Virus record (IMG/VR): IMGVR_UViG_3300033066_001296 | Location: 1 to 64,000 of that record | DNA: 64,000 nt | Origin: a virus | Lineage: Duplodnaviria; Caudoviricetes | Reading direction: 5' to 3' (one strand) | Shown here: piece after piece, positions 46,934 to 55,800 of the stretch | Layout of the letters: each line of letters starts with the position of its first letter | Position numbering within the stretch: position 1 is the stretch's first letter | Notes under the pieces: generated by a model | The model's input: only the letters and a program-made list of their open reading frames with translations | Database searches by the model: none | Told to the model about the DNA's origin: nothing | Made by a program: the position numbers and the translations under genes

Positions 46934-47889
46934 CCTCGCCTGCGTCCTCTTGTATGTGCATTAACCTTTACGGAACCTGCACCTCTTGCCGCGGGTGACT
47001 TGCTCTTGCGATTTGCCTGCACTTCTTCCTTCGGTGCGACGCGAGTTCCACCAGCCTTCGTCTTCACAGTTGCAGATCCAGATGCGTGCATCTTGAGGAT
47101 CTGAAGCTTGCTCTTCTCGCGTAGGGTCTGTCGTATTGACTTCTGCCGATCCCGCACTCCCTTTGTGTTGGACTCCTGTCCTTGCGACTTCACCTCGTTC
47201 AAGCGCTCCTGTGCGGCAATCTTGGCCGCAGCTCTCTGAGCTTGGGAAGCCTGTGCCACGGAATGCACCTCTCGAAGACGTTGGATCTTCTTCTTGTGAG
47301 CTTCTTCCTTGAGCTTGTCACGGGCTGCATAGTCCTGGGCACGAGTCTGTGCCTTGTGATCCATAAGCTTCTCGTGCTTGATCTTCAGACCACGGACGTG
47401 CTCGTCCACCTTCTGAACTTGCCTACGATGCAGCTCACCCCGTGTGGTTTCTCGGATCATGTCCGCATGAGGCCCACCATACTTCTGTGCGTGGTCCCAG
47501 ACCTCGCGAAGATGCGTGTGGCTCATTTGTGTGATCTCAGGATCACCGCGCTTCACCTTCGCAATGTTCTCGAAGATACGCTGATCGTTCTTGAGCCTGG
47601 ACATCGTGCCTTGGAATGCAGTGTGTGCAAACGCAAACAGAGCGGTCTTGAGCAGACCGCTCCTGCCACTGCGCATACCACGTTCGAGGAACTTGCTGAT
47701 TGCAACACCACCCGCCATACGAGCGGTGGCACGCCCAGCATCCGAAGTTACGTATTCCTTGGCAGACGGTAGGTTTCCGTGGACACCCTCGTAGTCCCTA
47801 CGATGCTGGTTGATGTGCTCTTTACCAGCACCATACGCACTCTTTACGTGCTCTCCAGCATTACGGATATGCTCACTGAACTTTGCCAT
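46930..47889 (-). CDS. large basic helical protein (candidate internal head protein)
   Basis: Lys/Arg/His-rich, coiled-coil middle; extended -10 TG-A-TAATCT (47896-47904) 6 nt before ATG. Confidence 0.7.
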   Translation of the reverse strand: MAKFSEHIRNAGEHVKSAYGAGKEHINQHRRDYEGVHGNLPSAKEYVTSDAGRATARMAGGVAISKFLERGMRSGRSGLLKTALFAFAHTAFQGTMSRLKNDQRIFENIAKVKRGDPEITQMSHTHLREVWDHAQKYGGPHADMIRETTRGELHRRQVQKVDEHVRGLKIKHEKLMDHKAQTRAQDYAARDKLKEEAHKKKIQRLREVHSVAQASQAQRAAAKIAAQERLNEVKSQGQESNTKGVRDRQKSIRQTLREKSKLQILKMHASGSATVKTKAGGTRVAPKEEVQANRKSKSPAARGAGSVKVNAHTRGRRRG

Positions 47890-47901
47890 GCGAGAAGATT
47901 A

Positions 47902-48291
47902 TCAAGTTCCAGGACCAAAAACGAGCTTATCGGGGTTTGGGCCTCTGTCAATCCAGACATAAACCCAATCTGGATGCTTTGCCGCTGCCTTTTCCGCAGC
48001 AGGCGCACAGGACTTGCACGCAAACGCCTCAGAGATTCTGAAAAGAGGCCCCCACTTCGAGTGCATGATCATGTCGTAGAACTTCTCTGGATTCTCATTC
48101 TTCAACACCGTAAGCGCAGGGTCCTTCTCCATCATGGTTTTGTACTCACCATACGTATGAATGCGAATCAGCGGAGGAGCTTCGCATCCCATGCACTTGT
48201 CTGTAGGACGAAATGCATACTTCTGATGGAACTCCTGCGGAGTAATGAGCCCATCTTGGAACTTTTTACGGTGGGTGATCTTGTTATTCAC
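47902..48291 (-). CDS. zinc-finger hypothetical protein
   Basis: GTG start overlapping the upstream stop; CMGC...CKSC. Confidence 0.6.
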   Translation of the reverse strand: MNNKITHRKKFQDGLITPQEFHQKYAFRPTDKCMGCEAPPLIRIHTYGEYKTMMEKDPALTVLKNENPEKFYDMIMHSKWGPLFRISEAFACKSCAPAAEKAAAKHPDWVYVWIDRGPNPDKLVFGPGT

Positions 48292-48730
48292 GATCCCATT
48301 TCTCTTTCTTTGTCTTGTCAGGTGTCTTTTTGACAGTTTTTTGAGGTGCAAATGCAGATTCCGCAAGCACCTTCTTCGGGTCTCGGATGCGAAAGAGGGG
48401 CACTGTGCTCCCTCGCACCATCGCGGCGTCAATGGCACCGTCCTGAACTTGCCCTGTAACCCACTCTTCCGTCTCTCGTACAAGTTTTCGGAGTGTGAGC
48501 ATGTCCATCCAATGATCCTCTGGATGTGCCTTCTGGATCTTTCGATAGCGAATTCCCCAGGGGCCATCTACGAATGAATCATTCTCTCTGGGTTTTCCGA
48601 GAAAGACAGGGGTGTTCAAGATGTCCACATCCTTTACGTGGAGAGGCTCTATGACTCTGCCCTTGTTGTAGACGATGTTCCGGCCTTTGCTGTGGATGAT
48701 TGTTGGCATCGGACTGGACAAATGTTCCAC
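48284..48730 (-). CDS. hypothetical protein
   Basis: 148-aa ORF. Confidence 0.55.
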   Translation of the reverse strand: MEHLSSPMPTIIHSKGRNIVYNKGRVIEPLHVKDVDILNTPVFLGKPRENDSFVDGPWGIRYRKIQKAHPEDHWMDMLTLRKLVRETEEWVTGQVQDGAIDAAMVRGSTVPLFRIRDPKKVLAESAFAPQKTVKKTPDKTKKEKWDRE

Positions 48731-48752
48731 GGATGGGTATCCGTAGTCAAGT

Positions 48753-49112
48753 ATGTGTGATCAGACCGTGTGGATCGATGACAAAGGCACACTCCATCGA
48801 TTGACACTTCAACTTAAAGAGGAGAGATGCCTGCACTGCATGTGTAGTGTATGTGTGCAAGACTTTACAACTAGAGATGATAGAGAGCCTATCATTGTTC
48901 ATGGTGTAGGATTCGAGAATCAGAAAGGTTCATGGGAAATAATCCCATACTCGAATCACATTGTGGTGTGCCTTGCTTCGTATGAGGTTCCCGGTGAAAG
49001 CAAAGAGATCAAGAAGAGAGATCGTCTGGTGCGAAAAGTCAAAGATCGATGGGATTATCACGCACCGACTCAAGATGAACTGGAAGAAGGATCCAATGTG
49101 CAGGTTTTGTGA
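48753..49112 (+). CDS. Cys-containing hypothetical protein
   Basis: CLHCMCSVCVQDF...VHGVG. Confidence 0.55.
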   Translation: MCDQTVWIDDKGTLHRLTLQLKEERCLHCMCSVCVQDFTTRDDREPIIVHGVGFENQKGSWEIIPYSNHIVVCLASYEVPGESKEIKKRDRLVRKVKDRWDYHAPTQDELEEGSNVQVL

Positions 49113-49206
49113 GGCTGGAGTTTGTATTCAGGACTACCAAAGCTCGCCAAAGTGGTCTTGCGGTGTAGTTGTTCACGGATTTGGATGGGAGGAGTATGGC
49201 AAATGA
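49096..49206 (+). CDS. 36-aa Cys-rich peptide
   Basis: CRFCEAGVCIQDY...VHGFG; ATGA-coupled to ruvC-like gene. Confidence 0.45.
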   Translation: MCRFCEAGVCIQDYQSSPKWSCGVVVHGFGWEEYGK

Positions 49207-49823
49207 TTGTCCTCGGGCTCGACATCTCAATGACCGCAACAGGTTGGGCTATTGCCAATGTAAGCGGTCAGAAACCAAGCTTGCTTCGTTGCGGTGTGAT
49301 TGAAACCAAGAAGAGCAAAGGTAAAGGTTCCGGTACGCTCGACTCCATTCGCAGAGCGCACCACATCTATGTTGAACTTGGAAAGGTACTTTCTTCAGAG
49401 CTTGGGCTGAAGATCGATCTGATCTGTCTGGAATCGATGAGCTGGCCCCGCAACGCCTCATCTTCGATCAAGATGGCAATTGCATGGGGGGCGATTGCTC
49501 CGCTACTTGCGGATCGCCCCCTCATTCCTGTTGGGCCGATGGCTTTGAAGTTGGCGGTTAGCGGGAAGAAGACTGCTTCAAAGGCAGAAGTGGCTTCTGG
49601 GGTTCGCTCTTTGATGCCGAAGGCGACTTCGCGGGTTTTGAAGGAGTTTGTCCCGAAGGCTTCTTTGCAGGAGCATTGTTGGGACGCGCTTGGGGCGATC
49701 CTGGCTTCGATGAAGACGGAGAAGTTCCAGCTTTTGAAGGCTGGCCTTTCGGAGCGGAAGACTGCCCCGATTTCGCCACCCGAGGAGCTCCGGGTTTCTG
49801 GAGAGCCCCCTGCTTACCCATGA
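49203..49823 (+). CDS. ruvC: RuvC-like Holliday junction resolvase
   Basis: VLGLDISMTATGWA, ICLES, KLAVSGKKTASKAEV, EHCWDALG catalytic motifs. Confidence 0.88.
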   Translation: MIVLGLDISMTATGWAIANVSGQKPSLLRCGVIETKKSKGKGSGTLDSIRRAHHIYVELGKVLSSELGLKIDLICLESMSWPRNASSSIKMAIAWGAIAPLLADRPLIPVGPMALKLAVSGKKTASKAEVASGVRSLMPKATSRVLKEFVPKASLQEHCWDALGAILASMKTEKFQLLKAGLSERKTAPISPPEELRVSGEPPAYP

Positions 49824-51714
49824 CGCCCATCTGGTTTGGATCTGGTTGAGGCTGTGAAGCCTGTACCATCGCCTTGACCATCTCCTGACTCTGGGCTGCT
49901 GTGTTGGCTACCCAGATGTCCTGGTGCTTCGATCGATACTGAACAAGCGTCAGATCTCCATCGGGGATTGCACCAAGCTGCAAAGCACCTTCACGATACT
50001 CGTTGATCGTGCAGATACCCTGCGCAAGAGCTTCCTTCCACGTCATTGCATCAGGCCCCTCTGGCTCTTCGGGAGCTGCTCCTTCTTCGCCTTCTGCACC
50101 CTCTTCGCCCGTATCGGCAGACATTGCCGCGTCCTCTTCCGCCTTCTTCAGCGCATGGATCTCCTTGAGCGGATCCAACTCTGTGAGACCCATCCAATAC
50201 TTGATGGCTGTCTCCTTGGTCAGAACCTCGGAGTCTTTGCCAGTTGTAGCAATGCGCTGTGCGGTCTCGATATCTGTGAATGTAGGTTTGAAGTAGTGAG
50301 GCCACTGGAGCTCGCAAACCTGTCCATTGCCCACCACACGAGGAATCGTAACTTGATCTCCATCTGGCTGCGCGATGACCCTCTTTGGAACGTAGACACG
50401 ATAGCGAATGCGCCGCACCGAACCATCTTCGTTTTGTACTTCGCGAATACCCTCTACAGTTCGTACAGCCTTTAGCACCTTCTGGCAGATACGGATGATT
50501 GCAGGTCCATACTGTTCTCGGAGAGAGTCTGCCTTCTCGATCATGGAGTGGAAGATTCTCTCGATCTCCATGGCAGTCTTTTCGCCATTGTTCTGGAAGA
50601 GAATCTGATCTGGAACACACTGGCAGAGTCGATAGATGCGCTCCTCTAGCTTCTCAAGAACTGTGATTCCAATAGTAGGTCCAGAACCGCTCAGTTCGAG
50701 ATACTGAGCGGTGCTGCTTGGCCCAAGAAACAGAGCATTGTCCGAACCCTTTCTAACAGTGCCGGGGTTCTCCATATCTGTAACGATATTAAGCGTTGGA
50801 TCACAGTTAGATACGGTCCCGTACCAGATTTCAGCGAGCAACTGATCGACTGCTTCGAGCATTCGATAGGCACCGTGACAATCGGAGTCCCCATCGATCT
50901 CGTCATCCGATCGGAGGTTTTGGATCCACTCGTACGGCACAAACCCCAGACCGTGAGGAACTGTGTTTCGCTGCATGTACTCCCAGCGAGGTTCCTTGTT
51001 ACGGCATTTGATGGGCCTCCATACCGTATCGTTCTCTTCGTCCACAACGCGCCGATACCAGTACCAGATGGTCTTGTAGCGACCGTCTTCCTGCTTCTCG
51101 TCCTTCGGGTACGTATACTGAATGGTCAGCTTCGTGAGCCTGTTGGAGCCCCTACCATCGAACTCAGGTTCAGTCCAACGAGGGTCCAGCGCTTCAAACT
51201 GGCACATACCATCCAGAATCTTGAAACCCACACAAGCCGAGCCTGTAGCACCTCCGTAGTTACGGGCTTGCGTCATTGCAGCCCAGAACTCGCCCTGCTT
51301 TAGAAGTGCGGAGAGGTAATCCTGTGTGCGCTCATCATCAGGCACAAGAACTCTTGGTTGCTTCTGATTGGAAAACAGAAGTCCTGTGAAGCGGGAGACA
51401 ATGTTTCGTACAATGCCAAGTGGAGCGACGGGACGACGGAAGTCACGGGGGACATCTCCTGCGTTCTCCATTCCGGGCGGCACAACACCCTCTCGCTGGA
51501 CGGCATCCCACATATCGCCCGAGAGGACGGGCCTCCCGTTCCATTCGTGACCCTTTCCGTCGTGCTCGCAGACACGGAAATAGCTCCATAGGTTATTGAG
51601 CTCTCTTTGCCGTTTGGAGAGCTTCATGTGCTTCGATCCAGGCTCCCCACTCGATTCTCTTAGGAGATCCCCTGTAAATTCCCGAGCTGTGTCGGGTTCG
51701 CGCGTTACTGGCAT
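49558..51714 (-). CDS. portal protein with long low-complexity C-terminal tail
   Basis: RNIVSRFTGLLF, QARNYGGATGSACVG, HGLGFVPYEWIQN motifs; adjacent to the terminase genes. Confidence 0.85.
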   Translation of the reverse strand: MPVTREPDTAREFTGDLLRESSGEPGSKHMKLSKRQRELNNLWSYFRVCEHDGKGHEWNGRPVLSGDMWDAVQREGVVPPGMENAGDVPRDFRRPVAPLGIVRNIVSRFTGLLFSNQKQPRVLVPDDERTQDYLSALLKQGEFWAAMTQARNYGGATGSACVGFKILDGMCQFEALDPRWTEPEFDGRGSNRLTKLTIQYTYPKDEKQEDGRYKTIWYWYRRVVDEENDTVWRPIKCRNKEPRWEYMQRNTVPHGLGFVPYEWIQNLRSDDEIDGDSDCHGAYRMLEAVDQLLAEIWYGTVSNCDPTLNIVTDMENPGTVRKGSDNALFLGPSSTAQYLELSGSGPTIGITVLEKLEERIYRLCQCVPDQILFQNNGEKTAMEIERIFHSMIEKADSLREQYGPAIIRICQKVLKAVRTVEGIREVQNEDGSVRRIRYRVYVPKRVIAQPDGDQVTIPRVVGNGQVCELQWPHYFKPTFTDIETAQRIATTGKDSEVLTKETAIKYWMGLTELDPLKEIHALKKAEEDAAMSADTGEEGAEGEEGAAPEEPEGPDAMTWKEALAQGICTINEYREGALQLGAIPDGDLTLVQYRSKHQDIWVANTAAQSQEMVKAMVQASQPQPDPNQMGVMGKQGALQKPGAPRVAKSGQSSAPKGQPSKAGTSPSSSKPGSPQARPNNAPAKKPSGQTPSKPAKSPSASKSEPQKPLLPLKQSSSR

Positions 51715-51720
51715 GAGTAA

Positions 51721-51776
51721 AGATTACACTCCCATTTGATGCGTGTCATTGTCTTCCTGTACAGATGTTGTACTCT
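51721..51776. promoter_or_regulatory. back-to-back divergent leaderless promoters (portal / repressor) with a candidate operator
   Basis: - strand ATGACA-N17-TAATCT-N6-ATG; + strand TTGTCT-N16-TACTCT-N6-ATG; inverted repeat GTACA-N5-TGTAC at 51759-51773. Confidence 0.65.
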
Positions 51777-51782
51777 GCCTGT

Positions 51783-52034
51783 ATGTCTGAACAGGAAGAA
51801 CTGTCAAAACCCTCAGAGCGGCAGCTTGAGCTTCTCAGAGTGGTGCATACTTATTCAATCGAGCAAGGATACTCCCCTTCTCGAAGAGATCTAGCAGAGA
51901 AACTTGGCGTAAAGAGCATCCACACAGTGCAGGGTCTTGTGGATCTGCTCGTCGAGAAAGGGTTTCTACTTCGACAACCCCGAATCTCCCGTAGCTTGTC
52001 GCTCACTGCACGCGGCAAGGAGTTGCTTGTATGA
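51783..52034 (+). CDS. LexA-type winged-helix repressor, DNA-binding domain only
   Basis: SERQLELL...GYSPSRRDLAEKLGVKSIHTVQGLVDLLVEKGFL...SRSL; no S24 peptidase domain. Confidence 0.85.
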   Translation: MSEQEELSKPSERQLELLRVVHTYSIEQGYSPSRRDLAEKLGVKSIHTVQGLVDLLVEKGFLLRQPRISRSLSLTARGKELLV

Positions 52035-52882
52035 GCATCTTGAAGCCCGGACAGCAAAGACCCTCGATCAACCTTACGAATCGGAAGTCCTTTGTAGAGA
52101 ACTCTGTGCCAGCCCAAGTACCTGTAACGGAGAACTTCGAGTCTCCCAATCCTGGTCTTGCAATCCAGACTATCGCAAAGCTTCCCAACCAGCGAGGGAA
52201 GGGCGGAAGACCTACCAAGGCCCAGAGTCGCGATGCAGGCTACATGGAAGGTGCTCAGAAGGCCATCGAGGAGATTCGAGAAGCAAACCCTCCGCTTCTC
52301 GCTGCCGCACCTCACCGTTCTGGAAAGATGGAGATTCAGAGATCCTGGGAAAAGGCATACGACGCCAAGGAGAAGTCTCTCGAGCGGCAGGAAGCCGAAG
52401 CCATCCTTGCAGCGCGGAGCGAAAGGCTTGCCGCACTTGAAGAGGAAACCGCCATTCGCAGAGCCAACCGAAAGGTTGGCGTCGCCGCAGGGCTTGCTGC
52501 ATTCACGATGGTGCGAACGCTTGGAGATGTGGCAGAGCGACTCGACAAAAAGGTGCGAGAATCGAAGGACATGAGCTTCTCGGAGCTTCGGGGTGCAATC
52601 AACACACTTTCGGGCTCTGTATCCAAGATGCAGTCCGCAATGGAGACTGTGGCACGCCTCGAACGCACGATTACGCGGCGACCGCTTGATGAAGAGGGTG
52701 TAAATTCTGTTAGCGAAGACGATCTTTCAAACCTCTCTGTTGAAGACGCAGAGAAGATCCTCGAGAACATTCTCAAAACGACCTATCACACGGCAAAGAG
52801 CGCAGGAATCAAAATTTACGATGGTACTGCGGAGGTGGTAGAGACTTCAGAAGAGGTGAGCAATGGCGAAGTTGAATCCTGA
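52031..52882 (+). CDS. probable terminase small subunit
   Basis: Directly upstream of and overlapping TerL; helical and coiled-coil. Confidence 0.5.
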   Translation: MSILKPGQQRPSINLTNRKSFVENSVPAQVPVTENFESPNPGLAIQTIAKLPNQRGKGGRPTKAQSRDAGYMEGAQKAIEEIREANPPLLAAAPHRSGKMEIQRSWEKAYDAKEKSLERQEAEAILAARSERLAALEEETAIRRANRKVGVAAGLAAFTMVRTLGDVAERLDKKVRESKDMSFSELRGAINTLSGSVSKMQSAMETVARLERTITRRPLDEEGVNSVSEDDLSNLSVEDAEKILENILKTTYHTAKSAGIKIYDGTAEVVETSEEVSNGEVES

Positions 52883-55800
52883 TCTCATCAAGTTCATCGC
52901 AAAAGAAGATCCAGAGCACGCTGTACAACTTGAACGAGACTACAAGCGTGCCATGATCATTCTTGCGCGTAATGATCCCGCCATGTTTTGTCAGTATGTC
53001 CTTCGTAATGGCAAAACAGGAGGTGCGATCTACCTCACACCCGAGCATGTGGCTTTGCACAAGCTGATTCAGCCGTGCTCTAGAACTGCGGTTTGGACTT
53101 ATCCTGAGTTTGGCAAAGGTCTAGACCTAAATACTGACATTCCGACACCATCAGGATGGGTAAAGATGTCAGATATTCAAGTTGGGTCATCTGTATTCGG
53201 ATCTGACGGCATAGAGGCTCGTGTCATTTGGGTAAGCCCTATCCAAAACATCCGAGTTTTTGATGTAGAGTTTGACGATGGTGTAGTTATTCGTTGTGAC
53301 GAGTCTCATTTGTGGTCCGCATACTCATGCAAAGATCGTCACAAGAATCCACAACCGCTCAAACTCGTGAGCACGTTGGAAATGTCCAACTCCGTCAAGC
53401 ATGGAGATAGGAACCAGTGGGGAATTCCAATCGCACCTCCGGTCCAATATCCATCCAAGCAATTGCCGGTGCATCCATATCTTTTGGGTGCTTGGCTAGG
53501 AGATGGTGACAGTAAAGGACTAACTTTGACTTGTCACCAAGAAGACATTGCGATTGTGGATCGGTGTTGCCAGCTATCCGGTGAGTTGGTCAAAAAGGTT
53601 CCAGACAAGCGTAAGCCTCATGTACTGCGCTGTAAGATTGGTGGTTCTGAACTTCAGAAAAAGTTCAGGCAGCTTGGGGTTCTTGGAAAAGCAGGTTGCA
53701 AATTCATTCCTGCCGAATACCTCACAGCTTCCGAGGACCAAAGGAGGGAGTTGTTGGCGGGGCTGCTAGACACTGATGGTACTGTCTACACGAGATCTAA
53801 CGATGTGTCGTTTGTAGAAGTATCTTTTTGTGTTGAACGTCTGGCACTCGACACGCTTGAGCTTGTCAGGTCCCTGGGCTTCAAGGCCAGGCTCCGTTCT
53901 GAACCCTCTAAACTCTACGGCAGGGTTGTAGGTGCACGACATAGGATTTTCTTCACAGCCAGGGAACCAGTCTTCAAACTGGAACGCAAGCTCAACAAGC
54001 AGAAACTCCAAGCTGCTCACGGGAGCAAAGCAAACGCGCGATACGTTGTAAGCGTTACGGAAGTTCCCTCTGTTCCGACCAAATGCATCAAGGTTGATTC
54101 GCCTGATCACACCTTTCTTGCGGGGCGCAGCTACACAGTCACGCACAACTGTGAAGAGTCTGGAAATTCTGTACTCCTTCGGGATGGCACTTGGAGAAAG
54201 ATCGAAGATCTGGCAGATGGGAACTTTCACGAACTTCTAACGTGGGATCTACACCAACCCGCACTCAAACCAGTTACAGGACGTGTAACTGCGAACGGGA
54301 AACGTCCCGTGGTTCGTTTCCACTTGGCAAACGGGCACAAGATCGGCGTTACACAGGAGCATCCTCTTTGCGCTGCGGACGATGTTCAGTGGCGGCAAGC
54401 TCAGAATTTGAAGGTGGGGGACCGAATCGTCTGCCTCCGTCATCTTGAGCTCGAGTCCACAACACCCGAAAGTGACGTACCCTCCGAAGAAGCAGAGATT
54501 CTTGGATATCTCCTAGCGGGCGAGGTTCGAGGTCGGAGAGTCTTTGTTCGCAAGCTCTGGAAAAGCGAGCATTGGAGCTCTCGCCGTGCTCGGATGTTCA
54601 AGAAAGCCATGTGGGAGCTTGTGGACCACGATCGGGATTGGTTGGAAGTGGTGCTCTCCAAGAGCGCTGATTCCACCGATATGCACCCTTACGTGTTCAT
54701 AAATCAGCTCGCCACAATTCAAGACAAGTATCCCGTGGATCTGAGCCCAGAAATCTGGAGGCTCCACAAGACGGGACTTCAGAGGCTCCTTACTGCATTC
54801 TTTGTAACGGCATTTTGTGATCCTCGGAGGAAGATCTGGACAAGGGGTCGCACAGTAGGCGTCTCTGACAAGCGCTACCCCAAGGGCTTCGTTCACAAGT
54901 GTTACGAAACTGGTGACATGATCCGCAGGCTTGCACTGCGATTGGGGGTGTCCATAATCGTAAAGCAGGACTATTACTTTACGAAAGAGTGGCTGATCAG
55001 CGTACCTAATCCCCAAGTAAAGATCTTTTACCCATCGAAGGTAGAATACCCAGACCAGATTCCGTTGATGGAGGCTGTTGAGATTGTAAAGATCGAACAT
55101 GCAGAGGCGGAAACCTGGGCAGTTGAGATTCTGGATAGCGAGCACAGCTACATTTCTGGGGGTGTGCTCTCTCACAACACCACGCAGATGATCGGGCATG
55201 TTCTCTGGCGTCTTGGGAAAGACCCCAACATCTCGATTGGTATCTTTCAGAACTCCAAAGGCTCCGCGATCAACACCCTCAAGACGATCAAGGAGTACAT
55301 TGAGGATTCTGTAGAGCTCCACGACGTGTTCCCGAACTTGGTTCCGGGTACAACATGGAGCGAGCATCAGATCACGGTTCCACGAAGCACCTTCCGACGT
55401 GACCCTTCCGTCAAGGCGGTGTCTCTCGGATCGAAGTTCATGGGGGACCGCTTTGATGGTCTGATCCTTGACGACGTGGACAACCCTGATACCGTGCTCA
55501 CAGAGGAATCGAGAAAGAAGACAGAGGATTGGGTTCGTCGAAGTGCTCTCTCCCGTCTTACAGAGGAAGCCTGGGCAATCGCCATCGGCAACATCTGGCA
55601 CGAAGGCGATCTCATGCACCAGCTTGTTAAATCGGGCTGGAATGCAGTAAAGCACCCTGTCCTTCGCCCTGATGGAACACCTCTCGATCCAGACCGCTTT
55701 ACGTTGGAGCGCATCTACCACATTCGCGATGTGGATCAGAAGCCCATCGAGTTTGAGCGCCTTTACATGCTCAAAGAGCGGAGGGATGGCGATCAGAGAT

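Noticed and set aside
51757-51764. Host SOS box near the lexA-like gene
   Set aside because: CTGTACAG lacks the N8 spacer of the E. coli box and matches no other LexA consensus I know; only the GTACA-N5-TGTAC repeat is retained
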